Positions 8,676 to 17,499 of a stretch of DNA of 64,000 bases are shown here, piece after piece. This stretch comes from an uncultured delta proteobacterium (GTDB taxonomy: Bacteria > Desulfobacterota > Desulfomonilia > UBA1062): contig CAVVYZ010000013.1 of NCBI GenBank assembly GCA_963752595.1, positions 1 through 64,000 on the forward strand. Reading direction: 5' to 3'. Position numbers and translations under genes: made by a program. The notes under the pieces are model-generated. The model searched no databases, was not told where the DNA came from, and was given only the letters and a program-made list of their open reading frames with translations. Each line of letters begins with the position of its first letter. Positions within the stretch are counted from its first letter, which is position 1.

Positions 8676-9986
8676 ATGGTTATCAAACATCTTAAGCTTG
8701 TTTTCATGCTATCTTCTGTTCTTGCCCTGCTTGCCGGCTGCGGAGGAGGTGGTGGTGATGATGGAACGGCAGGGCCTGAAGAAAAGGACAGCACCTGGGA
8801 GACAAAAGGTTCATCCTTCACGGCAGAGGGAAACAAGGGATATCATATTGATGGTGACTCACTGGTGACGATCACTCTTCCTGCTCCATACACTCTGAGT
8901 ATAGGTGACACCATCCATATCGACGGTGTAGGTACCGGCGGATGGAATATCGCTCAGAATGCAAACCAGAGAATCAACACGGAAAACATTCCACCAGTCG
9001 CTGTTTTATGGACTGCACGTGAATCAAACAGAGGTTGGTCCTCTGTGGCATCATCTTCCGATGGCACCAAGCTGGTCGCGTCAGTTTACGGAGGACAGAT
9101 CTACACCTCGACGGATTCCGGTGCAACTTGGGTTCCACGAGATGTAAACAGAAATTGGTCCTATGTGGCCTCGTCTTCCGATGGCACCAGGTTGGTTGCG
9201 GTTGTTGATGGCGGACAGATATACACCTCGGCAGATTACGGCTTAAACTGGTATCCACATGGCCCAACCGAAATATGGACCTCCGTGGCATCGTCTTCCG
9301 ACGGTACCAAACTGGTTGCGGTTAATTTATCTGGGCAAATTTACACCTCGACAAATTCCGGTACAAACTGGACAGCCCGTGAATCAGCCAGGAATTGGTA
9401 CTTCGTGGCCTCGTCTTCCGATGGCGCCAAGCTGGTCGCGGTTGTTCTCGGCGGGCAGATCTACACCTCGACAGATTCCGGTGTAACCTGGACTCCGCGA
9501 GATTCAGACAGAAAATGGACCTGTGTAGCCTCGTCTTCCGACGGCACCAAGCTGGTCGCGGTTGTTGGTTATAACAGTCCGGGACAGATCTACACTTCGA
9601 CGGATTCCGGTGTAACCTGGATTCCAAGGGATTCAAGCAGATATTGGTACTCCGTGGCATCCTCTTCTGATGGCACCAGGCTGGTCGCGGTTGTTGGCTA
9701 TAATAGTCCGGGCCAGATCTACACCTCGATAGATTCTGGTGTAACCTGGACCGCGAATGAATCAAGCAGAGGTTGGTCCTGCGTTGTCTCTTCTGCTGAC
9801 GGCTCAAGGGTTGCCGCGGTTGTCTACGAAGGACAGATATACACTTCAAAACTCTATAACCCTACCACGACACCAGGAACGGCTGGTTATATCACTGGGG
9901 GGCAGAATAATTCCCTCACACTTGAATACTTAGGCAACGACACCTTTGACGTGGTGGAATATACAGGTAATCTTGTAGTTCATTAA
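8676..9986 (+). CDS. Lipoprotein with seven BNR/Asp-box-like repeats (beta-propeller)
   Basis: AAGGAGGA RBS, ATG 8676, lipobox LLAGC and Gly linker. Seven repeats of W…W..VASSSDG.KLVA…GQIYTS.DSG. Confidence 0.85.
   Translation: MVIKHLKLVFMLSSVLALLAGCGGGGGDDGTAGPEEKDSTWETKGSSFTAEGNKGYHIDGDSLVTITLPAPYTLSIGDTIHIDGVGTGGWNIAQNANQRINTENIPPVAVLWTARESNRGWSSVASSSDGTKLVASVYGGQIYTSTDSGATWVPRDVNRNWSYVASSSDGTRLVAVVDGGQIYTSADYGLNWYPHGPTEIWTSVASSSDGTKLVAVNLSGQIYTSTNSGTNWTARESARNWYFVASSSDGAKLVAVVLGGQIYTSTDSGVTWTPRDSDRKWTCVASSSDGTKLVAVVGYNSPGQIYTSTDSGVTWIPRDSSRYWYSVASSSDGTRLVAVVGYNSPGQIYTSIDSGVTWTANESSRGWSCVVSSADGSRVAAVVYEGQIYTSKLYNPTTTPGTAGYITGGQNNSLTLEYLGNDTFDVVEYTGNLVVH
9009..9848 (+). repeat. Intragenic tandem repeat, 7 units of 120-129 bp (40 aa; units 5 and 6 are 43 aa)
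   Basis: Recurring DNA such as gcctcgtcttccgatggcacca…ctggtcgcggttgtt…cagatctacacctcga. Confidence 0.9.
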
Positions 9987-10155
9987 GGGATGCTAGGCTG
10001 GGTTTGCACTAGGCTCATGAGAAGCAGAAAGGGGGTCCGGATATGATCCGGTGCTCCCTATAAATCTTGCGATAGAATGCTCGCTTCCATACCTTGAAAA
10101 CTAACGGTCTGCAGGAGATATCCTACGAAAATCTTATCTACTCACCTTACGCGCT

Positions 10156-10207
10156 CCCCCTCACCCCTCCCTCTCCCCGGAAACGGGGAGAGGGCTAGGG
10201 AGAGGGG
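10156..10207. repeat. REP-like GC-rich palindromic element
   Basis: CCCCCTCACCCCTCCCTCTCCCCGGAAACGGGGAGAGGG contains stem CCCTCTCCCCG-GAAA-CGGGGAGAGGG, followed by CTAGGGAGAGGGG. Confidence 0.6.
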
Positions 10208-10528
10208 CTCTTCCATGATGAATTGCGTAACATGAATTATCTATATAAATCTATACCACTGCACGAGCGTTTAAATGGCCTCTCAAAAAGACCACATATC
10301 TTGAGATAACACGATTTCCCTAGACTGAAGATTTCTTTCACATATGTAAATAGGTAGTTGAATTACCAGCACTTATGGTTTCTATAAGAACTGGAAGGTC
10401 TGATAATATTCCAGGTTTCTGTAATAGATGAATGCTTTCATATCGGTCTGAATAGAAAAGGTTCTCGGAAGCTATCTATACTTTGGAACGACAAAAATAA
10501 TTGGAATGAGCCTTGAGCTTTCTCTTAT

Positions 10529-10675
10529 GAGACTGTCGAAAAAGTCCGGCGAGCTCGGAAAATATTAAATTTGGACCATTGAAACACAAGCCCTGATCAA
10601 AAAGCTTCCGAACTCGTGCATTCTGTGAGGTCGTTTTTTTAGTACTTTTCATTCCTTGAGTTTTTCGACAGTCTC
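10529..10675. mobile_element. 147-bp MITE with 18-bp terminal inverted repeats
   Basis: Left GAGACTGTCGAAAAAGTC (10529-10546) against the reverse complement of right GAGTTTTTCGACAGTCTC (10658-10675): 17/18 match. TAT directly flanks both ends (possible 3-bp target duplication). No transposase inside. Confidence 0.75.
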
Positions 10676-10879
10676 TATACTTACAGTTACCATCAGCTTT
10701 ATTAGTCACTACAGTTTCTTATGCTCCGTTACCAATATATTTTAGCCCTTGATATGATGCCCCTTAAGCTTGGCGTAAGGGGTTATCCCTTCTTCCTCTC
10801 CCCGGGGCACCCGCAAAACGGGTCGTGAGAGGATGCAGGAGAGAGGGCTTGCTTAAGGGGTACTTCATTTCCGGCCTGA

Positions 10880-12808
10880 TCAGAGCAGGCAGGCAATAGC
10901 CCCGGACACGGTAATCGCCACCGTGGTATTCAGGGCTACCGAGTACGAGGCCACCTTCCAGCCTCCCTCTTTCCACAGCGTTGAGATGGTTGCGATACAG
11001 GGGATGTAGAGCACCGTAAAGACGACGAGGACGAGGATCTGATTAAGGGTCAGGACCGAAGCCACATTCAGGGTGTCCAGCGCCGAGTTCAGCATGATGA
11101 GGGTGAGCTCTTTCCGGAAGATCCCGAAGAAAAGGGTTATCCCCAGCTCGTTCGGGAGATCGAGAATGCCGGAGGTGATCGGTGAGAGAACCCGGTTGAT
11201 GATGCCGTCTATCCCGACGTGAGACAGGAACGCCAGCGCAATACTGGAGATCGCGATCACGGGCCAGGCGAATGCCAGAAACTCGACCAGCCGCGCCCAT
11301 ACTTTCTTGAATATGATGTGGAGGTAAGGTCTCCTCAAAGGCGGCACATCCATAATGATGCCGGGTGAATCGTCCACCTTTAGCCGCGACAAGGCAAACG
11401 AGATCGCGAGAGCAACGGCTATGTTGCCGAGATAGATGAGCGTCGTATACGTAGCCCCCAGGTACTTTCCCGCCAGTGCGAAGATCACCACCGTCCGTGC
11501 AGAGCACGAGATGAACGGCACGATGAGCATGGTGAGGACCCGGTCGCGCTCGTATTCCAGGTTCCGGGCCGCCATGATCGCGGGGACATTGCAGCCGTAT
11601 CCCAGGATGATGGGGACTACGGACTTCCCATGCAGTCCGAACCGGTGGAGCAGGCCGTCCACCATGAAGGCGATTCTCGGCAGCAGCCCCGTATCTTCGA
11701 GCAGGGAGAGCAGGATCAGCAGGGGGATGAGGTAGGGCAGGACAATGCCGACACCGGCCGTAAACCCGTCATAGAACCCTGTGAGAAGCACACCTGCGTA
11801 TCCGCCCGCAAGCCCCTCCAGCTTCAGTCCCAGGGCCTGCAGCGGTTTATCGAGCAGGCCGGAGATGAAATTTCCAATCTGAAACGATGCATAGAACATC
11901 ATGAAGATCAGACCGGTGATAGTTGCCAGGCCGCCCACGGGATTGATGATGAACCGGTCGATCTGTTCGCCGAGGGAGGGCTTCGGGCGGGACTTTACCA
12001 CGGCCACCTGCTCGAAGAGATCAAGCACGATCGCGTGCCTGTGCGACGCGAAAACCCCGGCTTCCGGCCATCCGTGCACCTCTGCGAGGAAGCGCCTGTT
12101 CTCAGCCACATATTCCAGGAAGGCCCCGTCAGCCTCTGCAGCTTTCTTTTCAAACTCCTCATCCATTTCGAGGAGCCTGATGATGACGAAGCGATCGTCG
12201 ATCTTCCAGGTTTCTTTCAAAACAGCGGGATAGCGTTTTGCAATCCGTGCAATGCACTCCTCGACATCTTTATCGTAGACCGGCTTGACGTGGCGATAAT
12301 TCCCGTGGGCGACCCGAAACGCTGCCTCGAAGAGTTCCTGTACCCCGCTTCCCTGTACGGCAACGACAGGATATGTCTCTACTCCGGTCAGGGAGCTCAG
12401 TGCGCTCACATCGATTTCAACGCCCTTTTTCACGGCCTCGTCATGCATGTTCAGCGCAATGACCATGGGGACATTCATCTCGATGAGCTGGATGGTGAGC
12501 TCCAGCGAGCGGGCCAGGATCGAGGAATCGAGCACGTTTATAATGACATCTACGGTTCCGGAAAGCAGGTAATCACGCGCAACCTTCTCGGCGATGTCAT
12601 GGGTGGAGATGGAATAAGTGCCGGGCAGATCGATGAGACGGAAGGTGCGGCCGCCGAGAAAGACCTTTGTTTCCGTGAAGGATACGGTTGTTCCGGAAAA
12701 GTTGCCGGTGTTTACTTTGAACCCGGCAACTGCATTGAAGATGGTCGATTTTCCGCAGTTCGGCTGGCCTGCCAGCGCAATGACGAGCTCTTCACCGGGC
12801 TTCTTCAT
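10880..12808 (-). CDS. feoB: Ferrous iron transporter B
   Basis: G1 GQPNCGKST, G3 DLPG, G4 NMHD; membrane domain with LEDTG, GYGCNVPA, ISCSAR and YIPCIAT. Start placed at the ATG of MKKPGEE. Confidence 0.95.
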   Translation of the reverse strand: MKKPGEELVIALAGQPNCGKSTIFNAVAGFKVNTGNFSGTTVSFTETKVFLGGRTFRLIDLPGTYSISTHDIAEKVARDYLLSGTVDVIINVLDSSILARSLELTIQLIEMNVPMVIALNMHDEAVKKGVEIDVSALSSLTGVETYPVVAVQGSGVQELFEAAFRVAHGNYRHVKPVYDKDVEECIARIAKRYPAVLKETWKIDDRFVIIRLLEMDEEFEKKAAEADGAFLEYVAENRRFLAEVHGWPEAGVFASHRHAIVLDLFEQVAVVKSRPKPSLGEQIDRFIINPVGGLATITGLIFMMFYASFQIGNFISGLLDKPLQALGLKLEGLAGGYAGVLLTGFYDGFTAGVGIVLPYLIPLLILLSLLEDTGLLPRIAFMVDGLLHRFGLHGKSVVPIILGYGCNVPAIMAARNLEYERDRVLTMLIVPFISCSARTVVIFALAGKYLGATYTTLIYLGNIAVALAISFALSRLKVDDSPGIIMDVPPLRRPYLHIIFKKVWARLVEFLAFAWPVIAISSIALAFLSHVGIDGIINRVLSPITSGILDLPNELGITLFFGIFRKELTLIMLNSALDTLNVASVLTLNQILVLVVFTVLYIPCIATISTLWKEGGWKVASYSVALNTTVAITVSGAIACLL

Positions 12809-13031
12809 CGCGGATCTCCACATGGGACGCAATGCCGCGGCCGATCATGGTCCGTGCTCCCGTGAGGATATCCTCAACGAGCAGCGGCCCCTTAAACGGT
12901 GCAGCCTGGATGATCCGTATCTTTTTACCCTCGTACAGGCCAAGCCCTGCCATGCGGGCAGCTATGCCGTTGCCTCCCGTAATCTTGCTTATGACAGCGA
13001 TGGTCCCTTCTTTTAAATGAACTAACTTCAA
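12792..13031 (-). CDS. feoA: FeoA-family SH3-like protein
   Basis: 79 aa, RMAGLGLYEGKKIRII…APFKGPL…IGRGIASHV; overlaps the feoB start; AAGGAG before TTG. Confidence 0.9.
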   Translation of the reverse strand: MKLVHLKEGTIAVISKITGGNGIAARMAGLGLYEGKKIRIIQAAPFKGPLLVEDILTGARTMIGRGIASHVEIRDEEAR

Positions 13032-13171
13032 ATCTTATCTCCTTTAATTTCCAAACGAAAAAATTCCGGCAAGATTCCCCTATGGCACGAATATCTTTGT
13101 GCTCTCCGCAGGGATATGACGATTATCCGTAATCAGCAGTGAATGCAGCGAGAAGGCAAAGACGGGCTGTT

Positions 13172-13669
13172 TCATGCATCCTGGTTGCTCCTGCAGTCAG
13201 GGCACAGTCCTATCAATTCAAGGTGGTGGCGTTCGAGGGTGAATCCGTGCTCCCTGGCAACGGCATCCTGCAGGACCTCGATGGCCGGATAGCTGAATTC
13301 AACCTTATGGCCGCAGCACGAGCAGACAAGGTGGTCGTGATGCTCTCGGCCCCAGACGTGTTCATACCAGGCTCCCCCGGACCGGGTGTCTTCCTGCACG
13401 ATGGCCCTTCGGATTATGCCCGCCTCTATGAGCAACGCCAGGTTGCGGTAAATGGTGACCAGGGAGAGGTTGTAGCCCTTTTCCCTCAGGAGTTTCAAGA
13501 GGTGGTCGGCGTGGAAATGCCCTTTCATATCGCAAATAATTTTCAATAAATCGAGCCGTTCCTTCGTGAGCCTTCCGCCGTTAGATTTCAATATTGAACT
13601 GAATTTGTCGAAGCAATAGCCATCATGTGCGCATTCGGAACAGGCAGGTTTTAAGGTATCTTGTTGCAT
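13172..13669 (-). CDS. fur: Fur-family transcriptional regulator
   Basis: RLTKER, HFHAD, SLVTIYRNL, HHDHLVCSCCG and C-terminal CPDC. Start at ATG 13669 is inferred. Confidence 0.88.
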   Translation of the reverse strand: MQQDTLKPACSECAHDGYCFDKFSSILKSNGGRLTKERLDLLKIICDMKGHFHADHLLKLLREKGYNLSLVTIYRNLALLIEAGIIRRAIVQEDTRSGGAWYEHVWGREHHDHLVCSCCGHKVEFSYPAIEVLQDAVAREHGFTLERHHLELIGLCPDCRSNQDA

Positions 13670-13681
13670 ATAATTTTCATT
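13664..13681 (-). promoter_or_regulatory. Fur-box-like operator overlapping the fur start codon
   Basis: Minus strand AATGAAAATTATATGCAA, an imperfect TGAAAAT-N-ATTTTCA-type dyad, at the head of fur-feoA-feoB. Confidence 0.5.
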
Positions 13682-13899
13682 AATCGAACAAGCCTGCTTT
13701 GTCAAGAGATTGAGCAATGCATGGATGTATCCGGCATGGACATAGGGGCGCACGATAGGGTAAATTTGCCCAAAGCAGCAATGCCCTGGCTTTGGAATGC
13801 CGCGACCGGCTTAATTGTTTCATGTATGGCATAGCTGCGGATCTCCTGATACGAAAAGAGAATGCACAGAGCAGCAGTGACGCCTGAAAGGAGTTATGG

Positions 13900-15045
13900 A
13901 TGACAGCCGGAAAGGCAAAAAAAAGGGCAGTGATTACCCTGGCAGTGTTCATGGTGATTATCGTGGGCAGTGCGGTAGGTTTCCGAGTTGCAGTGGGGAT
14001 ATTGAAGAACAAGGTGGTTGAGGCGCTCGGGCCGGACAGCGAGATCGGGAGATTACGGGTCGGCTGGGATGGATTGGATATCGAGGGCCTGAGAATCAGG
14101 GGAACGCACGGATGGCCTGCGGAATATACGCTCCGTGCCGAGAGAGTAACACTGGTCCCCGGCATCTTGAGCTTCTTCTCCGGGAAGTACCGCATCAGCT
14201 CCATAACCATTGTCAGGCCTTACCTTTCGGTGCACCGGACAAAGGCAGGAAAAATCCTGGCAGTCCCGAGTCTTCTTTCCGGGAAAATGCCTGAGGATGC
14301 AGTTCCTTCACCCCGCACACAGACATCGTTGATAATCGGGCACATTATCCTGCAAGACGGCGTGGTGGAGCTGTTCGATGATACAACCGGCCGGCACCGC
14401 AGGAAGATCCGGCTGGAGCAGATCCAGGCATCCGTCGAGGATATCGATGCCCCGTCGTTGGCGGGCAGGAGCAGGTTCGAAATCAAGGGCATCGTGAAGG
14501 GAGCCCGCTGCGACGGGTATGCAGACCTCAAGGGGTGGGCTGAGATCGCTAAAAAAGATTCATCGGTGAACTTGCAATTGAAGTCCGTGGATCTTGCGGA
14601 TTTTCAGGCATACTTCACCAGGGCAGGCGATATAAGGATCAGCAAAGGCGCCCTTGACCTCGACCTGCAATCGGATGTGAGGAACAACCGTTTGAAGGCG
14701 CCCGGTACGATCGTGATCTCAGAACTGGAGCTCGCACCGGGAAGAGGATTCTGGGGCACTTTTATGGGAATGCCCCGCAGTGCAGTTCTGGCCGTGCTCA
14801 AGGACAGGGGAAACAAAATCAGCTTAAGCTTTGTCCTTGAAGGAGACATCAATAACCCCCGGTTCTCCTTCAACGAAGCCCTTTCCACACGGCTGGCCGT
14901 TTCCATGGCGGATACCTTGAAGGTCGGCATCGGCGGGGTGGCAAAAGGTGCGGGCACCCTGGGGCAGAAAGGGATAGAAACCGCTGCCGGGGCGGTAAAA
15001 GGCGTGGGGAGTGCCGTGAAGAATCTTTTTGGAAGCGGGAAGTAA
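13900..15045 (+). CDS. DUF748/AsmA-like membrane-anchored beta-groove protein
   Basis: N-terminal TM, beta-rich body, C-terminal LAVLKDRGNKISLSFVLEGDINNPRFS typical of DUF748 proteins. Confidence 0.75.
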   Translation: MTAGKAKKRAVITLAVFMVIIVGSAVGFRVAVGILKNKVVEALGPDSEIGRLRVGWDGLDIEGLRIRGTHGWPAEYTLRAERVTLVPGILSFFSGKYRISSITIVRPYLSVHRTKAGKILAVPSLLSGKMPEDAVPSPRTQTSLIIGHIILQDGVVELFDDTTGRHRRKIRLEQIQASVEDIDAPSLAGRSRFEIKGIVKGARCDGYADLKGWAEIAKKDSSVNLQLKSVDLADFQAYFTRAGDIRISKGALDLDLQSDVRNNRLKAPGTIVISELELAPGRGFWGTFMGMPRSAVLAVLKDRGNKISLSFVLEGDINNPRFSFNEALSTRLAVSMADTLKVGIGGVAKGAGTLGQKGIETAAGAVKGVGSAVKNLFGSGK

Positions 15046-15154
15046 GGCCGGGAATTGCTTTCATGAAAAGACTGAATGTGGTGAAGAGACCCGGCTCAGT
15101 TTGCTTCGCAGAGCCGCACCGCGGAATGCCCTTTGGCCGGTGCTGCTTCCTGCT

Positions 15155-16150
15155 CTATGGGGTCTTGCCCTCCTCGCTGCCGGCCATGCCGATGGAACCG
15201 CCGGGGGAAGGCGGGGTATCGGCGTCAGCAGATGAGGCAGCGTCTGAATAACCGCGCTTTTCCTCTTCGGGAGGCGCTGCCGGGCCGGATGTGTCTGCCG
15301 GTTCCCCAGGAGATGACGCCGGAGTATGCTGTTCTTCTCCAGGCGACATGAGGCCGGAGGTGTCCGCTTCCCCGATCAACCCCTCAGCCGGAGGCCCATC
15401 CGACTGGGCCGTCTCCGTCTCCTCCGGTGCGTGAATGACTTCTTCATACTCCGGTATCACGATACCCCGCTGGACCATGATCCGGTAGATCATCTTCGAG
15501 CGGGCGCGGACATATTTCTTTTTGCCTTTCGGGTTGTACCGTATGGGGTTGGGGAGCACGGTCGCGAGCCTGGCAGCCTCCTCTGCAGTGAGAGCAGATG
15601 CATTTTTCTTATAGTAATGCCGTGCGGCGGCCTGGATGCCGAAAATACCGTCTCCCCATTCGGCGGCATTGAGATAGAGCTCAACAATACGCTTTTTTGA
15701 AAGGGTGCGCTCCATCCGCCATGCGAGTATTGCCTCTTTAAGCTTTCGTACGGGATTTTTCGAGGGAGAGAGATAGAGGTTCTTCGCCAGCTGCTGGGTG
15801 ATGGTGGAGCCGCCTGCCTTAAACCTCTTCTTCTTGAGATCCTTTTCAAAGGCCTTCTGCATAGCTATGAAATCGAATCCCTCGTGTCTCCAGAACTTAT
15901 CGTCTTCCGCAATGATGACTGCCTTGATGAGGTAGGGGGATACTTTTTTCAGGGGCACCCACTTCTGGACGATCTTTTTATCCGCGCCCTCCTTTTCCCA
16001 CTGCTTTTTGCGGTACTCCATGAAGGCGGTCTCTTTCAGGTGGGCCTTCTTCAGCGCGGAAACGTCCGGATAGACGAAATAGACGGATATGTCTGCAAGG
16101 AGGACCAATGTGATAATCAGAACCGGAAAGAAGATATACTTTTTCAGCAT
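15155..16150 (-). CDS. mtgA: Monofunctional biosynthetic peptidoglycan transglycosylase with an acidic low-complexity C-tail
   Basis: GT51 motifs AEDDKFWRHEGFD, GGSTITQQLAKNLYL, RKLKE, YLNAAEWG and LATVLPNP. Confidence 0.92.
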   Translation of the reverse strand: MLKKYIFFPVLIITLVLLADISVYFVYPDVSALKKAHLKETAFMEYRKKQWEKEGADKKIVQKWVPLKKVSPYLIKAVIIAEDDKFWRHEGFDFIAMQKAFEKDLKKKRFKAGGSTITQQLAKNLYLSPSKNPVRKLKEAILAWRMERTLSKKRIVELYLNAAEWGDGIFGIQAAARHYYKKNASALTAEEAARLATVLPNPIRYNPKGKKKYVRARSKMIYRIMVQRGIVIPEYEEVIHAPEETETAQSDGPPAEGLIGEADTSGLMSPGEEQHTPASSPGEPADTSGPAAPPEEEKRGYSDAASSADADTPPSPGGSIGMAGSEEGKTP

Positions 16151-16635
16151 CGTGATGCCCTAACCCTGAGGTTTAGATTCCATGAGTCATCTCATAGAAT
16201 ATTTTCACAGAATAATCAAATGGGCTAAAAAAATTAAGTTTGCTGCTTCATTGCCGGGAAGGGAAACGGAGGCGGACTCTATGCATTGTTTTTAAGGTGC
16301 AGCCGAGCCACAGAAAGTCAAGGAGGAATGTCCTCCTTCAGCCGTACCTCGGATATGCATGAGGGAAGGATCGGCCTCCAGGCAAAGTTCTCCCTGGGAA
16401 GGGAAATGGGGATTATAAAAAGACCCTGCCTGAAGAGGATGAGACACGCTCGTGAATCGTGTATTATTTTAAGGGGAATTGATCACCGTGGTATCTAACT
16501 TTCCTCCGGGAAAGGAGCCGGCTTGAGAGGCTGATTCCATACATTAAAATGTATGCTCAGCCCTCCCCCAAGACCGTTGATGAGACGTTTTGTTTTATCG
16601 GACAGACACTTGGTTCATCCGCGGTACGCTCCGTA

Positions 16636-16992
16636 TTAGAAGCGTCGCCCGCCGCCGCCAGGCCTTCCGCCACCACCGCCAGGCCTTCCGCCGCCGCCGG
16701 GTCTGCCAAAGCCGCCGCCGGGTCTGCCGCCGCCGCCTCTGCCGCCTTCGGTGCGCGGGCGAGCCTCGTTGACGGTAAGATTTCTCCCTTTCATCTCTTT
16801 ACCGTTCATCGTTTCGATTGCTGTTTGGGCTTCGGCCTTTCCGGGCATTTCCACAAATCCGAAACCTTTTGACTCGCCACTGAATTTGTCCTTGATCACG
16901 TTGGCAGATGCAACCGGCCCAAAGGCCTCAAAGGCGTTTCTCAAATCATCTTCGGTGACGTCACGGGATAAATTACCTACATAAATATTCAT
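16636..16992 (-). CDS. RRM RNA-binding protein with a Gly/Arg-rich tail
   Basis: RNP2 IYVGNL, RNP1 KGFGFVEM, VNEARPR, then GGGGRP repeats. AGGAG RBS. Confidence 0.95.
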   Translation of the reverse strand: MNIYVGNLSRDVTEDDLRNAFEAFGPVASANVIKDKFSGESKGFGFVEMPGKAEAQTAIETMNGKEMKGRNLTVNEARPRTEGGRGGGGRPGGGFGRPGGGGRPGGGGGRPGGGGRRF

Positions 16993-17499
16993 CCTTACTC
17001 CTTTCTTTTGTGAAAACCATATATACTAATTTACTTTCATTAAGCTACGTAATAATGAGGTTATAAATATTTACTCGGCGGAAGAAATCAATAGATGTAC
17101 GGCTCGAATGCATTGTGACAACTGAATGAGGATAGAGGCTTTTTCTCTTGGAGTCATGCTCAAAGGCAAGAGGATCGGGGAAAGAGAGAACAAAGGAGCC
17201 CAAAAAGAAAGATGAGCTGCCGATGCGGGCGCGTCCCGTTTATTTGATTGGGGCTTCCCGGCCGTTATAATTATAGTAGCGGCAATTATTCATCTGAATC
17301 CTAAACGGTTCTTGCCTAGGCTTATGTTCATTTCTTTAATTGCCGCTGCAATAACCTTGATGTCAAACATGCCCGGGTATTCAGAGGGGATCCGGGGCCT
17401 GGTGTTTCACGTATTGCTTCAGATGATTGCAAAAATACAATACTTGAGTGAGGGTTTATAATCTCTTACCTTAAGTCGATCCCATGGAGAGTTGGGAAG

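Noticed and set aside
9009-9848. Regularly spaced repeats as a CRISPR array or a DGR template/variable repeat
   Set aside because: Units are in-frame 120-129-bp coding repeats of one ORF, differences are not restricted to adenines, and no cas or reverse transcriptase gene is in the window.
11630-12865. Long antisense ORFs (e.g. 411 aa opposite feoB, 376 aa opposite sufB, 327 aa opposite the PQQ gene, 306 and 293 aa opposite the kinases)
   Set aside because: Shadow ORFs expected from GC-rich codon bias opposite confident genes; no recognisable motifs.
17000-17499. Cobalamin riboswitch upstream of the B12 radical SAM gene
   Set aside because: Conserved B12-box elements could not be identified by eye; an Rfam scan would be needed.
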